The notes: generated from the sequence alone by a model not told the origin. A stretch of DNA of 62,598 bases, filler included, from a bacterium (GCA_024278215.1; 7 parts of 7 records of this genome joined end to end with filler, not necessarily neighbours in it); one strand, 5' to 3'. Shown: positions 39,972 to 50,207, counted from the whole stretch's first letter. Program-made: numbers and translations.

Positions 39972-40958
39972 ATGAAAGCATTCGTAACAGGGCCGGACGG
40001 GCTGCTGGGCAGCAACCTTGTCGGGAGGCTGCTCGAGCGCGGTATCGAAGTAAGGGCGCTGGTCTTCGAGGGCAGCGCGTCGACAACGCTCGACGGGCTC
40101 GACATAGAGAAAGTTCACGGCAATATCCTGGACGCGGCTTCCGTCGCTGAAGCGATCGCGGGGTGCGACGCGGCGTTTCATGTGGCGGCGTCGACGGCGA
40201 TGTGGCCGCCGCGCGCGAAGATTATCACAAAGATAAATGTGGAAGGCACAAGGAACGTACTCGCAGCCGCACGGAACGCGGGTATAAAAAAACTGGTGCA
40301 TGTGGGGTCTGCCAGTTCGTTCGGCTATGGTACGAAAGAGAATCCGGGCACCGAGGAAACGCCGTATAAATATACCGATGTCGGCCTGGCGTATTACGAC
40401 TCGAAACTCGAAGCGCAGCGAATCGTTCTGCGCAGTGCGGAAGCGGGCGAGATAGACGCGGTTGTAGTGAACCCTACATTTATGTTCGGCCCCAGCGACT
40501 TCACGCCGAGTTCGGGCCGGATGATCTTGAAAGCGGTGAAGCTCCAGCCGCCTGCCTACCCGTCGGGCGGACGGAATTTCGTGCATGTTCGCGACGTAGC
40601 GGACGCTATGATCAACGCGCTGGACAAAGGCCGTACAGGTGAATGTTACATACTCGGTAACAAAAATCTGAGCATGAAAGAGATATTCGAGATCATCAGC
40701 GATATAGCCGGGACGCGACCGCCGAAAGTGAAGATTCCCGACGATATTATGATGCTTGCAGGCACGATCGGAAGTCTTGCCGGGCTCGTCACGCGCAAAG
40801 ACCCGGGCCTGAGCATCGAACTGGGGCGGTGCTCGAGCATCGGCAGCTACTACAGCGCGGCAAAAGCAGTTCGTGAACTGGATATGCCCCGAACTCCGGT
40901 TGAAACCGCCATCGAGGATTCATATCGCTGGCTGAAAGACAACGGCTACCTGGATTGA
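39972..40958 (+). CDS. NAD-dependent epimerase/dehydratase (HpnA/DFR-like)
   Basis: TGPDGLLG, NVEGT, YYDSK, VVNPT, VHVRDVA. Confidence 0.9.
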   Translation: MKAFVTGPDGLLGSNLVGRLLERGIEVRALVFEGSASTTLDGLDIEKVHGNILDAASVAEAIAGCDAAFHVAASTAMWPPRAKIITKINVEGTRNVLAAARNAGIKKLVHVGSASSFGYGTKENPGTEETPYKYTDVGLAYYDSKLEAQRIVLRSAEAGEIDAVVVNPTFMFGPSDFTPSSGRMILKAVKLQPPAYPSGGRNFVHVRDVADAMINALDKGRTGECYILGNKNLSMKEIFEIISDIAGTRPPKVKIPDDIMMLAGTIGSLAGLVTRKDPGLSIELGRCSSIGSYYSAAKAVRELDMPRTPVETAIEDSYRWLKDNGYLD

Positions 40959-40983
40959 AAAGGACATTGACTCGGGAGACATT

Positions 40984-41802
40984 ATGAGCAGGAAAAAACT
41001 CGACGGGAAAGTTGCTCTGATAACAGGGAGCAGTCGGGGCATCGGGCTCGCTACCGCGAAGGAAATGGCGAAGCGTGGCGCTTCCGTCGTGCTCAACGCG
41101 CGCGGCGAAGAACGCCTCGAAAAGGCGCGCGCACAACTCGTGGCCGACGGTTGCGACGTCGCCGCGTTCCCCTGCGATGTTTCCTCGTCGGATGCGTGCA
41201 GAGAAATGGTCGATTTTGCTGTCGAAAAATTCGGACGCCTCGACATCCTGCTGAATAACGCCGGTGTTTCCATGCGCTCGAACTTTGAAGACCTCGACGC
41301 CGAACTGTGCCGCAAAGTAGTGGATGTGAACCTGCTCGGCTGCATCTATCCCACGCTGTACGCGGTTCCTCACATAAAGAAAACGCGCGGACACCTGCTT
41401 TTTATCTCAAGTATCGCGGGCATCATCGGCCTGCCCACCGCTTCGCTCTATTGCGCCACGAAAAGGGGCCTCGCAGGGTTCGCCGATTCCATCCGTTGCG
41501 AACTAGCGCCCGACGGTGTGCATGTCGGTGTGATCTACGTCGGTTTCACAGAGAACGACCCGGAGAAAAAAGTCATCGGCGCCGGCGGCGAGGGCATCTC
41601 TCCCGACAGGCCGGCGCACATGACACAGGCGCAGGTCGCGAATGAAATATGCAGGGTTGTCGAACATCGCAAACGCAACGCGGTGCTGTCGCCGATCGGC
41701 AAACTGGCCGGATTCGCCGCCTGGCTTTCGCCGGACCTCGTCGAGCAGATCATCATCTTCACAAGAAAACACAAACTGAGCGAAAAACTTAATATAAGGT
41801 GA
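40984..41802 (+). CDS. Short-chain dehydrogenase/reductase
   Basis: TGSSRGIG, NNAG, YCATK. Confidence 0.93.
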   Translation: MSRKKLDGKVALITGSSRGIGLATAKEMAKRGASVVLNARGEERLEKARAQLVADGCDVAAFPCDVSSSDACREMVDFAVEKFGRLDILLNNAGVSMRSNFEDLDAELCRKVVDVNLLGCIYPTLYAVPHIKKTRGHLLFISSIAGIIGLPTASLYCATKRGLAGFADSIRCELAPDGVHVGVIYVGFTENDPEKKVIGAGGEGISPDRPAHMTQAQVANEICRVVEHRKRNAVLSPIGKLAGFAAWLSPDLVEQIIIFTRKHKLSEKLNIR

Positions 41803-41969
41803 GCCGATTGCAACATTCCGATTCGGCGGCGGTCGGCTGCAATCGGCCCGGGCAATTACTGATCCTGCGTGTGTTTTTTATCGCTACTGCCGTGCGCACC
41901 GCGCACACGTTGCCGCGCACCTGTTTGCGTCGTTGCGTATAATCAAACTATAATTATGCCGACACAGAT

Positions 41970-42109
41970 GAGCCAATTGCAGAATTCTGATTCTGCTGCG
42001 GTCGGCTGCTATTGTCCATAGCTGCGTTGTCGGCAAAAAATCGTCCTCGACGTACTCTACAAGTACGCCTGCGAGGATTTTCCACCTCCGCCTTGCTCTG
42101 AACAATTTC
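41970..42109 (-). mobile_element. MITE family A, cut by contig end
   Basis: 140 bp, apparently identical to 49443-49582. Confidence 0.85.
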
Positions 42110-42209
42110 NNNNNNNNNNNNNNNNNNNNNNNNNNNNNNNNNNNNNNNNNNNNTTAATTAATTAANNNNNNNNNNNNNNNNNNNNNNNNNNNNNNNNNNN
42201 NNNNNNNNN
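42110..42209. other. Artificial contig linker
   Basis: N run with TTAATTAATTAA. Confidence 0.98.
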
Positions 42210-42752
42210 ATCCACTGGCTGCTGGAAATAATCTATCGCTTGAGTCGGGCACACCTTCGAGCATCTGCCGCACAGCATACAGTTCTCGACATCGAGAACG
42301 GCCAACTGCGGAATCGCGTTCGAGAAAGGAATGGAAATGGCTTTGCGGGCCGAGAAACCGCCCTGTTCGTCGTCGTCTACATAGACGGGACAGGCATATT
42401 CGCACTGGCGGCAGCCGATGCATCTGTCCGGGTCGACATAGCGAGGCCGCTGTGTTACCGACGCCTCGACACGGTCGCCTATGCGCTCGAGACTGTTCAG
42501 ATCACAATAAGTGAAAAGCGTGATATTATCATGATGCGCTGCTTCGGCCATTTTCGGTGTTGTAATGCAGCTTGCGCAGTCGAGGGTGGGAAACACCTTG
42601 GAAAGGCGGATCATCTTACCGCCGATGGTCGCGCTCTTCTCGACAATAGCTACCCTGTATTCCTGGTCCGCGAGGTCCAGCGCAGCCTGAAGACCGGCTA
42701 TCCCGCCGCCCACAACTACTGTGTCAAAATCATATACTTGCCCGGAATCCAT
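42210..42752 (-). CDS. hdrA: Heterodisulfide reductase subunit A-like (3' truncated)
   Basis: GGGIAG..AALDLA, IGGKM..L.K.FPTLDCASCI..PKM, ferredoxin CIGCRQC...CP. Confidence 0.92.
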
Positions 42753-42845
42753 TTATTCCTCCATGTACGCAGTCGACTCGCGCAATGCACAGTATTTTCG
42801 CCATTCCACGCATCGACGGCATCTTCCGATAACGCAGGCCGCCCG

Positions 42846-43250
42846 TCAGTTCGACGAAAAAACCGGCGGTCCAAGTTCGTTCACTATCTCGTTCATTCTG
42901 TTAACTTCGTTCAGGAAAGCACGGTTGCACACCGTGCATATAGCAGTGATGCGCAGGCGTCGAATATCCAAATCCAGCTCTTTCATCAGTTTATAGACAC
43001 GGTCTATCCTCTGCGCGAGAGCTTTGTACGCGCCTTCGTAAGGACACTCTTCGCCGCACGACATGACGATTATCCCGCTGATGCCTTTCCTGAAACAATC
43101 GATATAGAAATGTTCCGGGAAAAGAACCGGCGCGCGCACTTTGAGTATGTAAGTGTTTGCGGGATACGTGGAATGCGACTGGCCCACCGAATCCGCGCCC
43201 GGATAGGCGCAGCTTTCAGTGGCCAGTATCAAAGTCTTGTTCTCGTTCAA
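42846..43250 (-). CDS. mvhD: MvhD-like 2Fe-2S subunit (variant)
   Basis: CAYPGAD.VG....YP, G..G.I..SC..ECPY, RLR....CTVC. Confidence 0.8.
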   Translation of the reverse strand: MNENKTLILATESCAYPGADSVGQSHSTYPANTYILKVRAPVLFPEHFYIDCFRKGISGIIVMSCGEECPYEGAYKALAQRIDRVYKLMKELDLDIRRLRITAICTVCNRAFLNEVNRMNEIVNELGPPVFSSN

Positions 43251-43281
43251 TTTCTTCCTCCATCCGGTCGGAAGGCCTTCG

Positions 43282-43533
43282 TCACTTGCTTCTCTTGATG
43301 AAATGCTTGTCGTAGCCGTCCGCCTCCAGCATGCCGAGATACTCGTGGCCTACTTTGCCCGCCCAGGCGGGGAGGTCGTTTCGCGTTCCGGAATCGTTGG
43401 AATAAACCTCCAGCACTTCGCCTACTTTCACTTTGCCGATGCCCTTCTTCGCCTCCAGCAACGGCCCGGGACAGGCGCTGCCTCTCGCGTCGACTGTGCT
43501 CGATACTTCCAGTGCGTTCAAATCTTCAGACAT
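43282..43533 (-). CDS. tusA: TusA/SirA sulfur carrier
   Basis: DARGSACPGPLL. Confidence 0.9.
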   Translation of the reverse strand: MSEDLNALEVSSTVDARGSACPGPLLEAKKGIGKVKVGEVLEVYSNDSGTRNDLPAWAGKVGHEYLGMLEADGYDKHFIKRSK

Positions 43534-43604
43534 TGTGTTTCTCCTTTTTAATTATTGTTTTCAGCAACAATCCTTTTACCCGTGATAAGGTGTTGGACTG
43601 CCTA

Positions 43605-45044
43605 TTATGCCTCGAGTTTTGACTTCAACTGATTGAAAAACATCATGATGTATGCGTTACTGCCGGGTTCGCCGACCATCGGCTGATGAATCCAGTTGTG
43701 TTTGGGAAGATCATAGACAGTTTCCTTCGCGCCGATGATGTCCGCCCAGCGAGCCATGAGATCACCGAGATGCTTTTCTTCAGTGACGGCCTGGAAACCA
43801 ATGATCTGTCCCTTTTTAATGCCATTCTTGTCTTCGGCGGCGGCGATCATCTTGTACCAGCCCTTTTTCGCCATAGGCGAAGCAGCCTCGGCAGTGAAAA
43901 GTTCGAGCTTCTGCGCGACAGTCCTGAGCTCTCTCGATTCCGCGAATTCCTCACCATAGCCCGCCGACCCCCAGAACAGGCCCAGAGTATGCGACATGCC
44001 GGCGCCCACAACAGCGGGACCGTCGACCGGGGTTCCCTTTATATCCAGCGCAACCTGCGTTCCCTGTATCATCACATTGGGCAGAAGTTGCAGAAGCGTC
44101 GGCTCCGGGAACACCGCGCCTTCGAGTTCGATGAGATCGCCGATCGCATAGACATCCTCCACGCTGGTGCGGCACTGCGAATCGACCCTGACACCAGCTT
44201 TGCCCGTCTTGCATCCCACCTGTCCGGCCAGTTCCGTGTCAGGAGTCGCCCCCGCGCCTATCACTACAAGATCGGTCTCGATCGCCTCGCCGTTGACGAC
44301 TATCGCACCGTCTCGAACTTCGGTGCATGGGTGACCCAGTAGAAGTTTAACTCCGTGATCTTTCAATCTCTCTTCTATCACATCAGCCATATCCTGGTCG
44401 AAAGTGGCTATGACGTGCGGCAGAATCTCTACAAGTGTCACCTCTTTGCCGCGATCAACGAGATTCTCGAGAATCTCCAGCCCCACGAACCCGCTCCCGA
44501 TTACCGCGACTTTCGATACTTTCTCACACAGGGCATCTATTCTTTTGCCGTCCGCGAAGCTCCTGACAACAACGATATTGTCCTTGAGAGCGGCCTTGTC
44601 ATAGGTGTCGCCTTTGTAGAAAACCACTTCACCCGTCGGCTCGTACTTCTCGCCTTCAGGTTTGAGAGCGCCCTTGATCGGCGGTACTGCCGCCTGCGCG
44701 CCCATCGTCAATATCAGCTTCTTATATTTCACCGTGAATTTATCGCCGGACTCTCTTAATGTTCCCTCTGCGATTCTGTTGTCATGGTCGATTCGCGTCA
44801 CACGCCCCTTTATCCCCACATCGTCAAAATTGGGAACAAAATCACTGTGTGATTTCACGGCATCGTCAATGGACGGAAGAAATTTTTTCCCTATGCCATA
44901 AGGAAGATTACAACGGCATACGACATCAAGTTCGTCGCAGACAACTTTGAAATCGCTCAACCCGTTGAACAAAAGCGCCTTGCTTGTAAATATCCCGCCC
45001 GGGCCGCCTCCGACTATCAGTATCTCCGTGTTATACTCCTTCAT
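43605..45044 (-). CDS. FAD-dependent pyridine nucleotide-disulfide oxidoreductase (CoA-disulfide reductase/NADH oxidase-like)
   Basis: GGGPGG, CNLPY redox Cys, GSGFVGLE, TSVEDVYAIGD. Confidence 0.88.
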   Translation of the reverse strand: MKEYNTEILIVGGGPGGIFTSKALLFNGLSDFKVVCDELDVVCRCNLPYGIGKKFLPSIDDAVKSHSDFVPNFDDVGIKGRVTRIDHDNRIAEGTLRESGDKFTVKYKKLILTMGAQAAVPPIKGALKPEGEKYEPTGEVVFYKGDTYDKAALKDNIVVVRSFADGKRIDALCEKVSKVAVIGSGFVGLEILENLVDRGKEVTLVEILPHVIATFDQDMADVIEERLKDHGVKLLLGHPCTEVRDGAIVVNGEAIETDLVVIGAGATPDTELAGQVGCKTGKAGVRVDSQCRTSVEDVYAIGDLIELEGAVFPEPTLLQLLPNVMIQGTQVALDIKGTPVDGPAVVGAGMSHTLGLFWGSAGYGEEFAESRELRTVAQKLELFTAEAASPMAKKGWYKMIAAAEDKNGIKKGQIIGFQAVTEEKHLGDLMARWADIIGAKETVYDLPKHNWIHQPMVGEPGSNAYIMMFFNQLKSKLEA

Positions 45045-45780
45045 TTCAACCCCTCCTCAGCCTGTTTGTATTTATTGCCCTTTCCGTTATTACCACATCC
45101 TGCGTGACAAGTGCATCGAGCGATGCCGCCGGAACTCTTTCGTCCTGCAAACCTGACGAATCCGTTTGCTCCCTTCCTGTTTTTACTTTTGTCTCAGTGT
45201 AGGAATACCGTTAATCATCCAGCACAACGCCTTTCGCTGTCTCTTCCCTGAAGTTTATGTCTGTAAATGTTTTTCCCATTATTTTTCTCCATCTTCCTTC
45301 ATTCACTCATAGTGAATCAATACTTTTGCCAACCTCGCCATCTATGAATATTTTTACCGGCATGGAAGAATAATACTTGTAAAATATGGGATATTTAATT
45401 ATTATGGCTGCTTATTCAACTGTATTTTTATGAACAACCCAATTAAGTAACGTTACTTCTTGTAAGGTAACGCTATATGTGCGTTACCAGTTGCGTTCCT
45501 ATTGTTGATTCGTGTGTAAAAAGTCACGGATGACATTTGTCAATAGACAATAAGCAACAATAGCGAACTCGCGAATAGTGTTTTTGTGCATTTCCGCCGA
45601 CTTTAACAACAACGGCTGAATTAAAAATGACTTATTACACACGAATCATTGTTGAGCCGATTGTAAAATTATGTTCGTAGCGAGACAGAGCAGACTTTTG
45701 CAAGCTGCTATGAGGATAACGAATAGATCGGGTAATTTTTACGCATTCCGTAAGGAGCAGTTTTTCGTTCAACCTCTATT

Positions 45781-45959
45781 GAGCCAATTGCAAAATTCTG
45801 ATTCGGCTACAGTCGGCTGCAATTGTCAATAGCTGCGTTGTCGGCACAAAATCTTCCTCAACGTACTCTGCAAGTACGCCTGCGGTGATTTTGCACCTCC
45901 GCCTTGCTTCTGAATAATTTCGTTCGACCTCGCTTCGAACATAATTTTGCAATTGGCTC
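45781..45959 (-). mobile_element. MITE family A
   Basis: Full-length copy abutting the TAG of the upstream minus-strand gene. Confidence 0.85.
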
Positions 45960-47716
45960 TATTTTATTATTACGTTGAAGTTGACGGTGCCGGAGGCTGA
46001 CCGCGGGATGTTGGAGATGGCGCATTCGACGCGGTCGGGGGAGGTTTTCGCGGCGCAGTTGTCGCCGTCTGATGTGCCGTCGCCCTGTGCGACGTTGTCG
46101 AGTTCGATGGTGCCGGTTTCGTAACCTGTGTCCGGCGGGATGTATCCGATTATGACAGCGTTCGATGCGTGGCAGAGCGAGGGCGAGTTTTCGTAATAAA
46201 TGGAATATGATACGCGGGCTCCGGGTATCGGGTCACTGCCGCCGAGCGGGTCCTGTATGTTCGAGACCGATTGTGTAATGGAGAGGTCGGGTACGCATGT
46301 CGGCGCGGTTGCAAGCTCGACGGTGTTTGTTTCTTCGTTGCCGAGCGCGTTTTCCGCACGAACGACGATGTAGTAGACCTGATCATTCGTGAGACTGGTG
46401 ATGTAAGTTGATGTAGCCGATGTTGTTGCGAAAGGCGGGGACGCGAAATTCTGGCCCGCACTTGTCGTTGCCGAATAAATGTTGTAGGTGATGGGCGGTG
46501 ATGAGTCGACTGCCTCGGACCATGAAAGCTGAAGCGTTCCGCCCTGCATGGTGTCGGCAATAGTGGAGATACCCCCGAAAGTGGGAGTGCCGGTGTTTTT
46601 GATAACGTAGAAAACCGGGCCTGATTCAGCGCTGTTTTCCGCCATGTCGAACGCGCGCGTGGATACGTAACTCGTGCCTTCCGGGAGTGCTGTCCATACG
46701 GCCGCGGGCAGTGCCCAATCGGTTGCGTATGTGTTGGTGGCAATCGCGTTCGCGGCGTCTGTCCAGTCGGCAATATCGCCGCAATTGGAGTTTGTCGAGC
46801 AGGCGCGCACCTGGAACCTGTCGAGCGTCGAGCCGCCCGAGTCGCTGAAATCGACGTCATATAGAGCGACATTCGAGGACCGTGCCGTGTCGTCTCCCGA
46901 CTGGTTGTCGGCGATTTCGGGCGCAATGCTGTCTATGAGTATGCCGTCGGATACTGTCGGGGTCGAGAAAAGGCCGACTCCGTCTTCAGCTTTGACGCTT
47001 ACGTAATATGTATTACCGTCGGAAAGCGACAGCGAGGAATTTGTGAACACTGTGGTGTCGCTTGCGAGGGATGTCCAGCTTACAACGTCCGAAGCGCCGG
47101 CTGTTGTGCCGATGCTGTAGTAATAGGCGGCGATGCCTGTGCCTGTATCGGCTGAAGCGGACCAGTTTGCCGATAGTGTCGTTGTGGATGAAGCGTAATC
47201 CATGTCGGCACCGATGCCGTCGTTGACCGCGGCGATCTGATCGGGAGGCGTAGCGTCGGAGGTGGTCGAGAAGTTGACGACGGGCGACGGGCTGCTTGTG
47301 CTGTCGAATTCGTTGAGCGCGCGCGAGGTAACTGTGTGCGAACCGGTTGTGAGTGAGCTTGTCGCATATTCCCAGGTATCGAAATTCGTGCCTGTGTCGG
47401 TCACGCTGATCCACGGGCCGCTGTCGATGCTGATCTGAACGTCGGCTACGGCTCCGTTGGACGATGCCGATGTACCGTATATTGTGACGGTGCTTGTGCT
47501 GAAAGCAAAACCGTCCGAGGGTGATGTGATCGCGGATGTCACCATGCCGGTGTCGTCGATACTGATGGTGATGGTGATGGATTCGGTCGCGTTGCCGGAT
47601 GAGGGGACCGTGCCTCCCGCGTGTACCGTTCGAGTTGCGAACATGAACAGGCAAAGCACGGCAGCGAGCGCTGCGATATGCGCTGTTTTAACCGTTTTAA
47701 ACATCCTGTTCGTCAT
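45959..47716 (-). CDS. Secreted Ig/Fn3-repeat surface protein with DUF11-like C-terminal domain
   Basis: Signal peptide, Big/Fn3 motifs, PIPGARVSYSIYYEN; Thr/Ser-rich. Confidence 0.8.
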   Translation of the reverse strand: MTNRMFKTVKTAHIAALAAVLCLFMFATRTVHAGGTVPSSGNATESITITISIDDTGMVTSAITSPSDGFAFSTSTVTIYGTSASSNGAVADVQISIDSGPWISVTDTGTNFDTWEYATSSLTTGSHTVTSRALNEFDSTSSPSPVVNFSTTSDATPPDQIAAVNDGIGADMDYASSTTTLSANWSASADTGTGIAAYYYSIGTTAGASDVVSWTSLASDTTVFTNSSLSLSDGNTYYVSVKAEDGVGLFSTPTVSDGILIDSIAPEIADNQSGDDTARSSNVALYDVDFSDSGGSTLDRFQVRACSTNSNCGDIADWTDAANAIATNTYATDWALPAAVWTALPEGTSYVSTRAFDMAENSAESGPVFYVIKNTGTPTFGGISTIADTMQGGTLQLSWSEAVDSSPPITYNIYSATTSAGQNFASPPFATTSATSTYITSLTNDQVYYIVVRAENALGNEETNTVELATAPTCVPDLSITQSVSNIQDPLGGSDPIPGARVSYSIYYENSPSLCHASNAVIIGYIPPDTGYETGTIELDNVAQGDGTSDGDNCAAKTSPDRVECAISNIPRSASGTVNFNVIIK

Positions 47717-47736
47717 AAATCGTCCAAATGTTCAAA

Positions 47737-48639
47737 TTACTCGACATTGAATTTGACGATTGTATATGTGCCAACCGCCAGCCCGCTTTTCGCGAGCGAA
47801 GTGTAGACCACGATTGCGTATTTGCGGCCCCTGTACTCTTCCTTTGCGGGCAGTGCGATATAGATCGGAACTTCGGTTGTTTCACCCGCCGGTATTGAAA
47901 CAGTCCTGTTCTCGAACACTATAAATGAACCGTCGGGCAGTGATTCGCAGTCCTGCGCGGTTCTGAGTTGTGACTGCTCGAGGGTGATCTGTTCGAGCCG
48001 CACCTGAATATCGGTGTTGTTCGGATTCGTGATTTTCAGGTTTTGCCCGGATTTATGTAGTTGCCCCGGCGTTACATTGCCTGCGTCAATGATGTAGGGT
48101 GTTGTTGATATGGTGAGACCGTGGTTGCTGTTCGCGGCGGAAGGAGCTGTGACCGCCGCGGATTTAACAGAGAATAGGATTCTCGCACGGGCCGCGACGC
48201 CGATTCCGAACGCCGAGCCTCCCGGTGCGCTTTTCGCCTCGATTATCCCGGCATATTTCTTCCCCGCGTAATCGTCGCCGCCGGGAAGTTGTATCGTGAC
48301 GCTTATTGTCGCGGCATCCATCGAACCCATATCCCTTATTATCCCCGTTGACGGAACGAGCCACGCGGGGTCCGGGATCGGTTCGTAGCCGTCGGGTATG
48401 CGCGAACCTTCCGGACTGATGGACGAGACAACGATATCCGATATCGCGCTGTTCCGGTTCTGGACGTTCCATTCCATTCCTCCGAGCGAATACAGATCGT
48501 ATGAGGCACCTGTTGCGAGGTTGCCGACGATCACTTCAGAAGGAGATATCGCGACGCCTGTTGAAGCATACGAAAGAGTTCCGCAGCATAGAACGGCGGA
48601 TATGACAATAGATGTCTGTAAACGGAATCTGCCTCTCAA
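47737..48639 (-). CDS. Secreted two-domain Ig-fold protein (pilus chaperone/DUF916-like)
   Basis: GVAISP, YEPIPDPAWL, Y.GKKY and ITNP...V.IP.......Y.GRKY repeated halves. Confidence 0.55.
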   Translation of the reverse strand: MRGRFRLQTSIVISAVLCCGTLSYASTGVAISPSEVIVGNLATGASYDLYSLGGMEWNVQNRNSAISDIVVSSISPEGSRIPDGYEPIPDPAWLVPSTGIIRDMGSMDAATISVTIQLPGGDDYAGKKYAGIIEAKSAPGGSAFGIGVAARARILFSVKSAAVTAPSAANSNHGLTISTTPYIIDAGNVTPGQLHKSGQNLKITNPNNTDIQVRLEQITLEQSQLRTAQDCESLPDGSFIVFENRTVSIPAGETTEVPIYIALPAKEEYRGRKYAIVVYTSLAKSGLAVGTYTIVKFNVE

Positions 48640-48706
48640 GAAAGCCTCCGGGAACTATTTGGATACGCCGACAGCGTATTTGTCTCAAAACCAGACATTC
48701 GACCAC

Positions 48707-49279
48707 TCAGAGCGGGTTGGACGAGACATTAACCACAATGCTTCCGATACTGACCGCGCTGGTCCAGCCGCTTGTGGGTGTCGACAGGTACAGGAACAAG
48801 TCACGTGCGGACCCCGGTGCCACGGTTGTTCCGGGGGTCGCATCCCATGTAGCTTCGCCAAGGTCGGCAGCCGTAGCCGTGATGTAACTGGTAGTCAATG
48901 TGTCTGTGCCGTCGTTGCCGAAATCACTCGCTGCCGGCGCGCTCGCGCCGTCGGAGCCTATAAGTGCCTGAAGTACAAACTGGTTCAGTCCTGTTGTCGC
49001 TGATATGGACCATGGGTTGGTGCCGTTGGAGTCCGAGCCCTGGATCATGATGTCGGAATAGACATTGCCGTCATTGCTGATGGTGAAAGGACCTGTGGCA
49101 TAGGAAGTGTTGAAGCTCGAGCCCGATAGGTTCCACGTATTGTTATCGAGCAATACGCTTGATGTTGCGTTGATGCTGATAGTTATGGTGATTGTGTCTG
49201 TGGCGACAGCGTGTGATTTCTGTGCGACAAAAGCAATCGACGCAATGACTATCGCCAAACAGATAAATACTTTTTTCAT
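48707..49279 (-). CDS. Secreted pilin/WxL/TasA-like subunit
   Basis: Signal peptide, then ATDTITITISIN, ISNDGNV, LFLYLSTPTS and a terminal beta strand. Confidence 0.55.
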   Translation of the reverse strand: MKKVFICLAIVIASIAFVAQKSHAVATDTITITISINATSSVLLDNNTWNLSGSSFNTSYATGPFTISNDGNVYSDIMIQGSDSNGTNPWSISATTGLNQFVLQALIGSDGASAPAASDFGNDGTDTLTTSYITATAADLGEATWDATPGTTVAPGSARDLFLYLSTPTSGWTSAVSIGSIVVNVSSNPL

Positions 49280-49442
49280 AATTATATCTCCCATTTTTCT
49301 CACTTTCTGTTTCGAGATGCTGTCGATTCGATCAAACCCGTTTTTACCTCTGGCCGCGGGAGAATTCACCACCTTTCGTGCCTGTTTCGGCTATAGGTTT
49401 TCTCGAACTCGACCTGTATTAACTTATGTCGATACAACTATT

Positions 49443-49582
49443 GAGCCAATTGCAGAATTCTGATTCTGCTGCGGTCGGCTGCTATTGTCCATAGCTGCGT
49501 TGTCGGCAAAAAATCGTCCTCGACGTACTCTACAAGTACGCCTGCGAGGATTTTCCACCTCCGCCTTGCTCTGAACAATTTC
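49443..49582 (-). mobile_element. MITE family A, cut by contig end
   Basis: Apparently identical to 41970-42109. Confidence 0.85.
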
Positions 49583-49682
49583 NNNNNNNNNNNNNNNNNN
49601 NNNNNNNNNNNNNNNNNNNNNNNNNNTTAATTAATTAANNNNNNNNNNNNNNNNNNNNNNNNNNNNNNNNNNNNNNNNNNNN
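49583..49682. other. Artificial contig linker
   Basis: N run with TTAATTAATTAA. Confidence 0.98.
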
Positions 49683-49814
49683 AAAACAAATAGCAAATTA
49701 TAAGCAATTCAAAAAACTTACCGGCGAATGGATCGACCTATCCGTCGAACTCGCCAAGCTTCGCAAATCAGTAAAAAAGGGGTAAAGTATTATCCAGAAC
49801 TTGGTACTGTCCAG
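49683..49814 (+). mobile_element. Other end of the IS, with the C-terminus of a DUF6788-like accessory ORF
   Basis: KQIANYKQFKKLTGEWIDLSVELAKL..*; TIR AACTTGGTACTGTCCAG at 49798-49814; TSD TTATGAA at 49815-49821. Confidence 0.85.
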
Positions 49815-49881
49815 TTATGAAGATAAAGCGTATGAGACAGGTGTCAAAGTGCAAGTAGATTATTTTAGAATGAAGTATTGA
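49815..49881 (+). pseudogene. 3' remainder of the IS-split metallopeptidase
   Basis: In-frame continuation YE-DKAYETGVKVQVDYFRMKY*. Confidence 0.8.
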
Positions 49882-49897
49882 TGTACAGGTATCGGCG

Positions 49898-50176
49898 ATG
49901 ACAAAATATTTAAGAATAATATGGTCATTGTTTACATCATTTTTCTATGTATGCGCAATGATGATAATAATTGATATGCTGTTTTATCATGTGCCAACTT
50001 ATGTATATGTATTTCACTGGTCACATGTATTGGTGGGTATATGTACTGTCAGCATGTTTGTATATTTCATGCAAAGAATAAAAAAGGATAGGAATCTGCC
50101 CGCATTTATCCTGTTGATATATATTGTTTTTATTTACACTTTTGCAATGTATTCTTTTTTCTATAGGTTCCCATAG
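49898..50176 (+). CDS. Small 3-TM protein, putative immunity protein
   Basis: Very AT-rich and hydrophobic; starts 16 bp after the peptidase stop. Confidence 0.55.
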   Translation: MTKYLRIIWSLFTSFFYVCAMMIIIDMLFYHVPTYVYVFHWSHVLVGICTVSMFVYFMQRIKKDRNLPAFILLIYIVFIYTFAMYSFFYRFP

Positions 50177-50207
50177 GCGATTCGGCAGTAGAGAAACAGC
50201 AACTCCG

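Noticed and set aside
42210-43250. Selenocysteine recoding in hdrA/mvhD
   Set aside because: The visible motifs use Cys codons and there is no in-frame TGA.
9399-49582. Dispersed repeats as a CRISPR array or integron attC sites
   Set aside because: No regularly spaced direct repeats with unique spacers, no cas or intI genes, and no GTTRRRY/RYYYAAC ends.
4128-49682. Recurring TTAATTAATTAA within N runs
   Set aside because: Artificial 100-bp contig linkers with stops in all frames. Adjacency across them is not evidence, except for the IS-supported join of contigs 3 and 7.
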